Origin: an uncultured virus (IMG/VR IMGVR_UViG_3300033143_005075)
Taxonomy: Duplodnaviria > Heunggongvirae > Uroviricota > Caudoviricetes
Direction: 5' to 3' (one strand)
IMG/VR virus record: IMGVR_UViG_3300033143_005075
Location: 1 to 64,000 of that record
Length of the DNA: 64,000 bases
Made by a program: the position numbers and the translations under genes. Below are positions 49,227 through 58,169 of this stretch, piece after piece. The notes under the pieces were generated by a model that was given only the letters and a program-made list of their open reading frames with translations, made no database searches and was not told the origin of the DNA. Numbering within the stretch: the first letter of the stretch is position 1; each line of letters starts with the position of its first letter.

Positions 49227-51718
49227 CTGAGATAGAAAGACTGAAAACAGAACTTAAATCTAAGCTCCTTGAATACATGGAGCTTAAAGGGGTCAAAAGA
49301 TCAACCGGTCAAAATTTCCGCTGCCCAAATAGTAATGCTCATAAACATGGTGACAGAGCGGCTTCGGCATCGTTTTGGAGAGACGGACCTGAGTATAGAT
49401 TTCTATGTCATGGTTGTGGACTAGGATATGACATCTTTAATATGGCTAACGTCGTAGATGGACTACCAATTAGGGGTAGCGCATTCGTTACTAAGACGAT
49501 TCCCATACTATGTAAGGACCTGGGAATTCACTTCGATGATACAATGTTGGATGATCGCTTCAAGAAGAAGATAGCTGCAGTAAAAGTCAACGAAGCTATT
49601 GTCCAGTATATGATCAAGAAGACAGAGAGACTTGAGAGATATCTAGGACAGAGGAACATGACTCTAGAAGACTCCAAGCTATATCTGATAGGCAACGTTA
49701 ACTATGGAGAACTATATACTCATCTCAGGAAGACACATAGCGAAGAACAGATTGAAGCCGCGGGTGCCGGATACGGTCCCAACGATGCGAGATCCAGCCT
49801 TGCTAAACAGCTCTTTCATCAAGATAGACTACTGTTCGGAGTATGTGATGAAGCCGGGGCTCCGATTGGATTTGCTGGTCGAGATATGTTATTCGAGGAG
49901 AAGAAAGCAAACAAAAACATTACTGGAAACATAGCTCCGAAGTATCTGAATACTAATAACACCAAAGCATACAAGAAGTCCGCAGCTATGTACCTACTGG
50001 ACAGAGCCTTAGAATATACTAGAACTAACGGAGAACTATACATCTTCGAAGGATACACAGATGCAATAACTGCACACAAGCACGGACTGAAAAACTCCGC
50101 AGCACTAGGTGGTGTATCATTCAGTGATGACCATCTAACTGTTATGATCTCTAATGAAGTCAGAAAGATCATCTTATGTCTGGACAGTGATGAGACAGGA
50201 CAGAACAAGATGCTAGGTACAGTCGAAAAGATCTTCAAGAATAACAGGGCTATATCCCTTGACTTGATCATCCTCCCTCCAGGAGAAGATGATCCTGATT
50301 CCATGATTCGGACAAAGGGTATCGAAGCATTCAAGAAACTGGATAGATACTCTCTACCAGAGTATATTATTCATAATACATTCGTTGCCAACAAAGATCC
50401 ACTGGGTGACGAAGACGAAAAGATCAATAATTTCATGAGATGGCTCACAGGTTACACGAAGCAACCTATGCTAAGACGTCGAGCTATCCAACAATTATCA
50501 GATGTACTGGAAAAACCCTTTGCTGAGATGTGGGATCAATTCGAATGGATCCGAACAGTCGAAGATGATAATATTGCAGGGAAGGCAGACAGTTGCTGGA
50601 GCCAAATGATCTCCGATGGCAAACGAATGAAGCTCAACGACAGAATCCTTTTGCTAGAGAAAGCACAAAGTCAACTCTTTACATTCACGAAGCATAGTAT
50701 TACTGGAGATGACAGAGATTATACACAGCAGCTTGAGGAACTGGAGAAGGCTACTGTTAATGCCCGCTTCCAGATGTTGAAGACAGGGATGGCTAGATTT
50801 GATAAGTATATTCAAATTCCAAAGGGAGCCGCTCTGATAGGTATGGCAGGATATCCAAATCATGGAAAGAGCGCATTCACCAGGAATTTAGCAATAGGAA
50901 TCGCAGCCAACAATCCAGACACGTTCATTATATACTGTAGTCTTGATGATCCAAGTACAGCAACTATTCCTGCTATTATAGCTAACATGATGAGCATGCC
51001 GATTAACAACGTAAAGTATCCAGGAAGCATAACCATACCTGAAATCAGGGAGGAATCACTGAAGAAGGTTGCACAAGGCTTCGACAACATGAGAAGGATG
51101 GCACTTGGTGAGCTTCAATGGAAGAACAAGATGTATGGAAGAGTCATTGTAAAAGACTCTAGTGAGGTTGTCTCTATCGTAGATATCAAGAGGCTTGTTG
51201 AAGTCTTCCATAACAAGAAGGAACTCTCCGGTAGGCAAATGGTGCTGTTCGTAGATAGTCTGCATAGCTTCATGGATGTTACATCGTACGGAGGAGACGC
51301 ACGCGCTAACGTTATGGATACTGCTCAACAGCTGAAGAGACTGGCTACCAAGTATGATATGCCCGTCTTTAGTGTGCTAGAGATGAACAAATCTGAGAGA
51401 ACTGGCAATCGGAAGCCCACTCTGAACAGTATTTCAGAGACAATAAGAATAGAATATTTGCTTGACTTAGGTGTGGTTATATGGAATGATCTACAAGCCA
51501 AGGGAGAAAAGGGCACTAAGTACTCCTGGAATGATGGTTCATCAGGAAGGACATATCCTTACCTTGATGCAGACATTCAGAAGAACAAGCTGGGGTATTT
51601 CAAGGGTAGTATACTCCAGAAGTTCAACCCTGTGATGAACCAGATGACAGAACTGTCCCTGGATGAACAGAAAGAGATCAGAACCAGGGAACAACAGAGT
51701 AACGGAGACTGGTCTTAA
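49223..51718 (+). CDS. fused DnaG primase - DnaB-like helicase
   Basis: Zn-binding CP...H...CHGC, GFAGR, PKYLN, TOPRIM EGYTD and DSDETG, DPD; C-terminal GYPNHGKS, FVDSLH, KNKLG. Confidence 0.9.
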   Translation: MTEIERLKTELKSKLLEYMELKGVKRSTGQNFRCPNSNAHKHGDRAASASFWRDGPEYRFLCHGCGLGYDIFNMANVVDGLPIRGSAFVTKTIPILCKDLGIHFDDTMLDDRFKKKIAAVKVNEAIVQYMIKKTERLERYLGQRNMTLEDSKLYLIGNVNYGELYTHLRKTHSEEQIEAAGAGYGPNDARSSLAKQLFHQDRLLFGVCDEAGAPIGFAGRDMLFEEKKANKNITGNIAPKYLNTNNTKAYKKSAAMYLLDRALEYTRTNGELYIFEGYTDAITAHKHGLKNSAALGGVSFSDDHLTVMISNEVRKIILCLDSDETGQNKMLGTVEKIFKNNRAISLDLIILPPGEDDPDSMIRTKGIEAFKKLDRYSLPEYIIHNTFVANKDPLGDEDEKINNFMRWLTGYTKQPMLRRRAIQQLSDVLEKPFAEMWDQFEWIRTVEDDNIAGKADSCWSQMISDGKRMKLNDRILLLEKAQSQLFTFTKHSITGDDRDYTQQLEELEKATVNARFQMLKTGMARFDKYIQIPKGAALIGMAGYPNHGKSAFTRNLAIGIAANNPDTFIIYCSLDDPSTATIPAIIANMMSMPINNVKYPGSITIPEIREESLKKVAQGFDNMRRMALGELQWKNKMYGRVIVKDSSEVVSIVDIKRLVEVFHNKKELSGRQMVLFVDSLHSFMDVTSYGGDARANVMDTAQQLKRLATKYDMPVFSVLEMNKSERTGNRKPTLNSISETIRIEYLLDLGVVIWNDLQAKGEKGTKYSWNDGSSGRTYPYLDADIQKNKLGYFKGSILQKFNPVMNQMTELSLDEQKEIRTREQQSNGDWS

Positions 51719-51757
51719 TAAGCCTCCTTGTGAGGTGCTCCTGACCGAGCATTTGGA

Positions 51758-51800
51758 CAACACGATGCGGATACCCTCTCAGTCTGCATCGTGGCTGTCC
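51758..51800 (+). other. strong intergenic hairpin
   Basis: GGACA-A-CACGATGCGGA pairs with TCTGCATCGTG-GC-TGTCC; no T-tract. Confidence 0.5.
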
Positions 51801-51814
51801 TCTTAGGAAGTGGA

Positions 51815-52342
51815 ATGATGAAGAAGATTGAAGTAGACTATAGAGAAGCAGCTATTGAAAATCTCCCATATCGCCTAGCGATAGATGATGTTGGTATATA
51901 TGCAGCAGCTGTAACTGGCGGAAAGAATCCGTACGAAAAACGGACAGAAAGAATGGAAGGACATAACGAAGCAATAATGGGGATTGCGAAGAAGGCGAGT
52001 CAGATAGCAGACTTTATCAGGAAGCATCAATATCGAACTGAAATCGAGGACGCTCTTTTAAAGGATTGGATACACATTGACGCAGATGAAACCATCAAGC
52101 TATACGTAAATTGCAACGATGTATTTTGGTGGGCATGTGCAGACTCGGAAGAGATCAAGCCGGAAGAGATAAAAGGTCTACAAGAGTGCGTTGAATTATC
52201 TAAGGCTTATGGTACTATACTCTGGGCTTGCAGGAAGAGGGGCATGAGACCACAAAGCCCATGGTTCGAAGATCTCTCCAAGGAAGAGTTAAAGCTCTTT
52301 AAGGCATGTGGTCCAAAGAGAGACAAGAAGGATGAAGGATAG
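51815..52342 (+). CDS. hypothetical phage protein
   Basis: VNCNDVFWWACADSEEI...WACRKRGMRPQ motif. Confidence 0.65.
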   Translation: MMKKIEVDYREAAIENLPYRLAIDDVGIYAAAVTGGKNPYEKRTERMEGHNEAIMGIAKKASQIADFIRKHQYRTEIEDALLKDWIHIDADETIKLYVNCNDVFWWACADSEEIKPEEIKGLQECVELSKAYGTILWACRKRGMRPQSPWFEDLSKEELKLFKACGPKRDKKDEG

Positions 52343-52359
52343 AAGGAGAAATAGATTTT

Positions 52360-52517
52360 CTAGGTACGGTAGCAGAAAGGGCAGATGCGGGACACAAGTA
52401 GACGTACTTGTGAGCACGGTACCCTATAACGGGGTGCGTCAGTGCGCTTCAGAATGCATGTTACATGTTTTACATGTCATGCGATGTCCAGGGTTCGAAT
52501 CCCTGGTTGTGCCTAGC
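52360..52517 (+). ncRNA. tRNA-like RNA with expanded middle region
   Basis: CTAGGTACGG pairs with TTGTGCCTAG; D-like arm GCA...TGC; T arm CCAGGG-TTCGAAT-CCCTGG; three hairpins in place of the anticodon arm. Confidence 0.6.
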
Positions 52518-52684
52518 GGAGGGTCCATGCTGGAAAAGCAGCTCGGTAATAGAGTCAGTTGTCCTCCGATAATTAAGTAAATCAACTGGCATTCCCGGAT
52601 CTCCGTAAATAGGGGCGGAACTGGTTCGAGCATGATATCTACTAGGGCGACGCAGGTAGCCACTCCCTTGACCTGCTTTTTATA

Positions 52685-53515
52685 ATGGATATACAGTCAA
52701 CAAGATATGCACAGTGGTTTATGCTGTGCCCTACCTACGCTGATATCGCTGAGAACGGTGATACAAGAGTTGCTGAAGTAGTGTATGAACGTTCGGTCGT
52801 TTTCGCTATGGCTAGGTACATGACCCTCCAAGTTAAACGTAGAGAATACTCTTTACCCCTCCTCAAAAAGCTTCTCAGAGCGCTCTTAAAGCGCTTTGAT
52901 GAGCAACTCATCAATAAGGCCTACCGTGCCGTCGATAACCTTTCATTTTGTGTAGGGAAAGCTATTCATACTGGTGGAATATCCAGAAAAAGAGTAGCTG
53001 GTTTTAATCTCCCTGTACTATACGTAGGTGACGGGAACCCAATCAATCTCAATATTGACCTTATGTTGTCTGAGGTTAAGACTAGTGAGACCTCGAGTTC
53101 CAGTCCAAAGTTTGGCCTTCGCTTAATAATTTACCATTTAGATCCTGACAGGGAACCAAGCAAGGTATGGTTACTGTATAACCCACGAGTAATGGGGACA
53201 GTCTGCCTCGCATCCGATCTCATGTCGACGAATCCAGTCTTAGTAGACGTTATTTCTGCTTTCAGGAAAACTGTATATAGGCTGGATCTCACGCCAGAGT
53301 ACATAGACGAATGCAAACAAAACATCCACAGATTAGGGAGGCAGATGACCTATGGGATATTGGGGAAGAATGCAACGAGACGCTGCAGGAATTGTCCTTG
53401 CAGAGGAGAATGTGAACGAAGAGGAACAACGGGAAAGAACGATGTTCGAAAGATATCAGAAATATCCACAAGAGTTGATGGACCTCTTCTCAGAGGCATT
53501 GGTGGAGCTTCATAA
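52685..53515 (+). CDS. degenerate PD-(D/E)XK / Cas4-like protein
   Basis: N-terminal CP and C-terminal CRNCPCRGEC; catalytic residues not evident. Confidence 0.45.
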   Translation: MDIQSTRYAQWFMLCPTYADIAENGDTRVAEVVYERSVVFAMARYMTLQVKRREYSLPLLKKLLRALLKRFDEQLINKAYRAVDNLSFCVGKAIHTGGISRKRVAGFNLPVLYVGDGNPINLNIDLMLSEVKTSETSSSSPKFGLRLIIYHLDPDREPSKVWLLYNPRVMGTVCLASDLMSTNPVLVDVISAFRKTVYRLDLTPEYIDECKQNIHRLGRQMTYGILGKNATRRCRNCPCRGECERRGTTGKNDVRKISEISTRVDGPLLRGIGGAS

Positions 53516-53810
53516 AGAAGGGCGAGTTAGTGACATAGATTTCCTCTTTGTCTATTCCTATATGATGACAAGGATGAATCTGAAAGACCTCGCTAGAAGG
53601 TATGTAGTTGGCTTCGATACTCCGGCGCCAACATATGCATCCAGACAGTATATCCACTTTGGGGTGGTACGTAAGGTCTGGAAGCTCATTGATGAGAGAG
53701 TCCGGGAAGAACATAATATACATAATATCATGCATGAAATGGAACAGAGAGAAGTGGCTTCTCAGATTCATCCAAAGGTAGATGAGCCGTTAGCAAAGAA
53801 TCTATTATAA
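53442..53810 (+). CDS. HTH protein, sigma region 4-like
   Basis: MNLKDLARRY...SRQYIH pattern. Confidence 0.4.
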   Translation: MFERYQKYPQELMDLFSEALVELHKEGRVSDIDFLFVYSYMMTRMNLKDLARRYVVGFDTPAPTYASRQYIHFGVVRKVWKLIDERVREEHNIHNIMHEMEQREVASQIHPKVDEPLAKNLL

Positions 53811-53811
53811 A

Positions 53812-53839
53812 TTGCTTGACACGTTTGGTGATTTATGAT
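53812..53839 (+). promoter_or_regulatory. putative sigma70-like promoter
   Basis: TTGCTTGACA followed by TATGAT in the intergenic gap; spacing ambiguous. Confidence 0.35.
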
Positions 53840-53852
53840 ACAGGAGACATAG

Positions 53853-54356
53853 ATGAGACTTATAACAGGTATTGACCCAGGACTCACAGGTGGTATTGTC
53901 ACTATTGCGGACAATGGTACTCTCTACAGTAAAGATGTAATGCCTCTCTGTAAGATTAAGGAGAAAGTACAATTAGATCTCGATGAACTGGGTAAGATTC
54001 TAAGTGCTGTTCAGGGGCTGAATCGTTACTTTGTGCTCGAGAAGGTGGCATCCATGCCTAAGCAGGGGGTCGCGAGTTCCTTTAAATTTGGTCGTATCTT
54101 TGGTATGATAGAAGGTATTCTGTCCGGGATCTCTGCTGCATATATTCTTGTACCACCACAGAGATGGACCAGAGAAATGACACGTAAATACACCGGTAAA
54201 GATCCAAAGATCAGAGCTAAACAAGCAGTTGTTGATCTATTTCCAGAAATAGATCTTCTAGCAACATCAAGATCAAAAGTACCTCATAGCGGTTTAGTTG
54301 ACGCCCTCCTTCTTGCAGAATACGGGCGTCGTAATATCACTCAACTGCTAAAATAA
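53853..54356 (+). CDS. RuvC-like Holliday junction resolvase
   Basis: GIDPG, LEKV, FKFG, P-x-x-W, DALLLA. Confidence 0.85.
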   Translation: MRLITGIDPGLTGGIVTIADNGTLYSKDVMPLCKIKEKVQLDLDELGKILSAVQGLNRYFVLEKVASMPKQGVASSFKFGRIFGMIEGILSGISAAYILVPPQRWTREMTRKYTGKDPKIRAKQAVVDLFPEIDLLATSRSKVPHSGLVDALLLAEYGRRNITQLLK

Positions 54357-54367
54357 AAGGAGATAAA

Positions 54368-57109
54368 ATGAGACTATTTATCTGCGGCGAACACCCAATT
54401 AATCATTCAGGATTCTCTCAACTTACACATCATATCAGTCAGATCATTGATAACGAAATGAAATACGATGGTTGTCCTATCAGTGATGTCACAACTATTG
54501 GGTACAGCAGGGGCACCAACGAGGAATTCCCTACGAAATATAGGCTCATTAATGCAGCGACACCGTCCATTGTAGGTAGCATGCAAGGGACCATGATGGC
54601 TGAAGATGGTAAGTGTGGCATGCATACCCTACGCACTATGCTTAGAAATACCAATGAGAAATGCATAGTCCTGACCATCGGTGATCCATGGACATTCTGG
54701 TACATGAAGACAACAAAGCTCATGTTCCCTAAGATGAAATGGATCAGCTACCTTCCAGTAGAATCTACTGAACTAGTGGACGTCGCGAAGTTCTCCTTTC
54801 CTGGAAGGAATATTGAGTGTAACATCGGCCGGCTCTATTCATATGCAGATAAGATCATTGGATATACAAAGAATGGTATGAACGTTGTTCAGAAACTAGT
54901 CGGTAAAGACATCTGTAACTCATTCATCTATCATGGTATCGACAACAAGAGGTTGCGAAGCATAGAGCCCAGAGAGTTTAGACGTCTTAAGGATAAGTTC
55001 GTTGTTGGTACAGTCTGCCGAAACGGCTGGCGTAAAGCTCTCGATGTCCTTTTGATAGGCTTCGCCAATTTCATTAAGAAGTGGGAAGCACTCAAGAAGA
55101 AGGGACCAGAACCAGTCTTACTTCTTCATACACCCAGACATGATGTTGCAGGATGGGATCTACCTTCACTAGCTAGGAAGCTAGGCATTGAGAAGTATAT
55201 ACTGATATCTGATATGCTAGTAGACTCGTTCAAGAAAACCAGGGACCCCCGGACCGGAAGAATCAATTCAGGAGTGAAGAAGGGTGCATCACTAGAAGAC
55301 TTAGTCTCTCTGTATAAAGCCATGGATGTTTATATCAATGTGAGCAGAGGTGAGGGGTTTGGTATCCCCGTAATCGAGGCAATGAGTTTGGGTGTTCCTG
55401 TAGCATACATCGATCATGCAAATCTTGGTGAGATCTGTGAGTGCAAAGGCATCCCAATTGAAGTGGGTGGATATGAATACAAGGAGAACTATGAGATTCA
55501 GGCAGCAATAGCTAATCCCGAATCTATTGGCTTCGAGTTGGCTGAGATGTATAAGTATGCTCAGAAACAGGATGCTGCAACCATTACTGTTCCAGCTGGT
55601 ATCAAGTTCACTAATGAGTTGGACTGGAATGGTGCATCGATGATTAAACAATGGAAGGATGCAATCAAATCTACCGCGGAAGATTATGAGAAGGAAGAAG
55701 ACAAGACATATTCGAACCAGAGGGTTATTGCTCTCTCCACTTATAATGTGGAGTGTGGGATTGCTACATATACAGAGAACCTGATTAATAATCTTCAGCG
55801 CATCGACAAAAGAAGAGACTATTTAGTTCTCGACGATACCTCAGATCCAGAGAAGTATCTGGACCTCATCCTCGATTCAGATAAGGCTACGATCATACAC
55901 ATTCAGTATGAGCCCAACCTATTCTCACCAGAGAAGCTTATGCCGTTTATGGCTAAGCTAAAGTCCTTATCGGGTGGCAAGATTAAGACTGTCCTCACCA
56001 TGCATCAGGAAAATGAGCGCAGTATCAGAGGACTGGATGGCATCGCCGATAGCATTATCCTTCATTCGGATATGTTTAATATTGGAAACAGCCTTAAGTA
56101 TACTAATATTATCAAGGCGCAACATCCATTCTATACTGGGATTGAAATTATGAGAAAGGATGCTAGAGATAAAGTACGTGCTGATCTGGGATTCAAAGAA
56201 GATGACTTTGTTATTGGAACCACTGGTTTCCTCTTATCATACAAGATGATCCTTCAGATCTCAAAACAGATCATAGATATGATGAAAGACCGGCCGAAGT
56301 ATGCTCTGCTTCTCCCGGTCTCGCGACATAGGAATGATAGCGCAGGCTTTGCTAATAATGTTGTCGAAGAGATCATGTCATATGCTAAAGAGAACGGGGT
56401 AGGAGACCGTGTCGTGATCAAGCTTGGATTCCATGAACAATCCAAGCTGGTAGAATATCTGCAGTGTCTTGATATTGGTTGGATGTTTGTTAATAACCAG
56501 GCAGTCGGAGCCAATTCGGGCTCCGTACGCATGCTTATTAGTAGTGGAGTTCCATGTATCGTTGCTGGTAAGGGCAAGATGCATCATGAACTCTATAAGC
56601 TTAGGTGTACACTAAGTGTTGCTACCACAAATGACCCTGTCGAGTTTATCAAATCTGGATTAGAGTTTGCTGATGGGCAACCAGATCTCATCAAATCAAT
56701 GCGAACAAATTGTATCCAAGCAGCAGCTAGGTTTAGCTTTACAGCATTTGCTGCCATGCATAAGACGCAGATTTACGATCGTCTGTTTACACAGATACAG
56801 ATCGCAACATACACTACACAGGAGGTTGACAATGAGCAACGATGTAATGGAAAGATTCAAGGGCAAGATAGTATCGCTGGAACTTCCAATGATGGGCGGG
56901 AGAGCAGCAGGAATGGAGGGGAAACTCCTGGACTTCGATGCGAAGGACATGGTAGTGGAGACCAAAATCCCAGATCCGAGCGACTCAGCAATGGGATTCA
57001 TGGCAACAGTGCTCATCAGCAGACAGCTGGTAACAACAATAATCATGAAAGGAGACGTCAGCGTGCCTATGGTGGAGGGGAGCAGCCTCCTAGACAGCCA
57101 GGGAGATAA
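54368..57109 (+). CDS. tandem GT-B glycosyltransferase (GT4-like)
   Basis: SGFS, RN-x-x-RK, SRGEGFGIPVIEAM; second GT-B unit begins STYNVECGIATYT. Confidence 0.85.
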   Translation: MRLFICGEHPINHSGFSQLTHHISQIIDNEMKYDGCPISDVTTIGYSRGTNEEFPTKYRLINAATPSIVGSMQGTMMAEDGKCGMHTLRTMLRNTNEKCIVLTIGDPWTFWYMKTTKLMFPKMKWISYLPVESTELVDVAKFSFPGRNIECNIGRLYSYADKIIGYTKNGMNVVQKLVGKDICNSFIYHGIDNKRLRSIEPREFRRLKDKFVVGTVCRNGWRKALDVLLIGFANFIKKWEALKKKGPEPVLLLHTPRHDVAGWDLPSLARKLGIEKYILISDMLVDSFKKTRDPRTGRINSGVKKGASLEDLVSLYKAMDVYINVSRGEGFGIPVIEAMSLGVPVAYIDHANLGEICECKGIPIEVGGYEYKENYEIQAAIANPESIGFELAEMYKYAQKQDAATITVPAGIKFTNELDWNGASMIKQWKDAIKSTAEDYEKEEDKTYSNQRVIALSTYNVECGIATYTENLINNLQRIDKRRDYLVLDDTSDPEKYLDLILDSDKATIIHIQYEPNLFSPEKLMPFMAKLKSLSGGKIKTVLTMHQENERSIRGLDGIADSIILHSDMFNIGNSLKYTNIIKAQHPFYTGIEIMRKDARDKVRADLGFKEDDFVIGTTGFLLSYKMILQISKQIIDMMKDRPKYALLLPVSRHRNDSAGFANNVVEEIMSYAKENGVGDRVVIKLGFHEQSKLVEYLQCLDIGWMFVNNQAVGANSGSVRMLISSGVPCIVAGKGKMHHELYKLRCTLSVATTNDPVEFIKSGLEFADGQPDLIKSMRTNCIQAAARFSFTAFAAMHKTQIYDRLFTQIQIATYTTQEVDNEQRCNGKIQGQDSIAGTSNDGRESSRNGGETPGLRCEGHGSGDQNPRSERLSNGIHGNSAHQQTAGNNNNHERRRQRAYGGGEQPPRQPGR

Positions 57110-57119
57110 AGCTAAATAA
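56832..57119 (+). CDS. Sm/Hfq-like fold protein, nested in the 3' end of the GT ORF
   Basis: GGAGG RBS; FKGKIVSLEL..G...EGKLLDFD...VLISRQLVTTI resembles Sm1/Sm2 motifs. Confidence 0.55.
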   Translation: MSNDVMERFKGKIVSLELPMMGGRAAGMEGKLLDFDAKDMVVETKIPDPSDSAMGFMATVLISRQLVTTIIMKGDVSVPMVEGSSLLDSQGDKAK

Positions 57120-57121
57120 CA

Positions 57122-57478
57122 ATGAAACTGATCAATACAGATGTGAAAAAGATTCCAAAGTCTAAGTCACTATATAGTATTGGGATGGCAATCGATTCCA
57201 GCATCTATTATGTGGCTATGGTCGACATCAATAGTCAGAAGAACTTCGTAGAAGAAGTATCACTCTCGCCAAGTAGGGAAAAGTTTACAGGGGTCTTCCG
57301 AGAGATACAAGACGAAGAAACCTGGAAGAAGGTCAGCGCATTCTTTAATGCGGCTGGACTTTTCGAACAGTTCTGGAAGGGCAAGAACTGGAGGTGGCAT
57401 AGAGAGAATGGCAAAGAAGTCGTACCAGACTGGTTCCAACGGAAATATAACGATCCGGCACCAGACAAGAAATCGTAG
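57122..57478 (+). CDS. hypothetical protein
   Basis: ORF track. Confidence 0.6.
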   Translation: MKLINTDVKKIPKSKSLYSIGMAIDSSIYYVAMVDINSQKNFVEEVSLSPSREKFTGVFREIQDEETWKKVSAFFNAAGLFEQFWKGKNWRWHRENGKEVVPDWFQRKYNDPAPDKKS

Positions 57479-58169
57479 TCTTACGTACACAGTAGACATT
57501 AACCACGTAGCACCAGCGATCATGTACCTACTCGACTTCCTTAAGTCGAGTAGGTATCTTGTTCTAAGTAGTAGTATCGCGAAGAGGTGTGGGTTTCATG
57601 AGTATATCCATCGTCATGAGAAGCTATGCTGGACGGTGGTGCGACTCTGTACAAAGACTTATCCTATCATCGCAGCACAAGATGCCTTCCGACAGATGTT
57701 CCATAAGCCCTTAAGTATCTATGGGTGGGATACCTTGTGGTCAGATCTTTGGTATGATTCATTCTATGTTATGCCTCAACGCTTTCGACCAGTTAACAAA
57801 ACAAAAATATATACAGAGTATCTTCCTTACTTCCTCAGGATGCTTCCTTTGTATACATCAAAAGCATTACTTAAGATACATAAGACATATAAGAGACACC
57901 TTCGCTCATCTATTCATCCTGTTATAGAGCTTAACGATGATTATATAGATAATAAGAAGAAAGCACTAACCAGATTAGATCTTATTAAGCGCCTTGTTTC
58001 TATGGAACAGGCGCCAAATAGTACCATCCAGAATATGTATTATTATCTTAAGGATGTTGGAAATGTTAAAGACTCTGGCTATGTGGGATTCGGAAAGCTA
58101 TTAGGATATAAGGACTTAGATGCTGCAGGACTTAGACGCATCGGATTCTCGGTTTTGAACTCACATTAG
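57348..58169 (+). CDS. hypothetical protein (true start probably downstream of the hairpin)
   Basis: Long ORF; aromatic-rich. Confidence 0.4.
   Translation: MRLDFSNSSGRARTGGGIERMAKKSYQTGSNGNITIRHQTRNRSLTYTVDINHVAPAIMYLLDFLKSSRYLVLSSSIAKRCGFHEYIHRHEKLCWTVVRLCTKTYPIIAAQDAFRQMFHKPLSIYGWDTLWSDLWYDSFYVMPQRFRPVNKTKIYTEYLPYFLRMLPLYTSKALLKIHKTYKRHLRSSIHPVIELNDDYIDNKKKALTRLDLIKRLVSMEQAPNSTIQNMYYYLKDVGNVKDSGYVGFGKLLGYKDLDAAGLRRIGFSVLNSH
57525..57556. terminator. perfect 14-bp inverted repeat, probable terminator or regulatory hairpin
   Basis: TACCTACTCGACTT-CCTT-AAGTCGAGTAGGTA. Confidence 0.55.

Noticed and set aside
52308..52663. ORFs 52308-52580 (+) and 52439-52663 (-)
   Set aside because: Coincide with the structured RNA region; atypical composition
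34..57523. Numerous - strand ORFs, e.g. 2209-2973, 14201-14803, 21311-22048, 33831-34433
   Set aside because: Ser/Leu/Phe-rich antisense shadows of + strand genes caused by codon bias; no motifs
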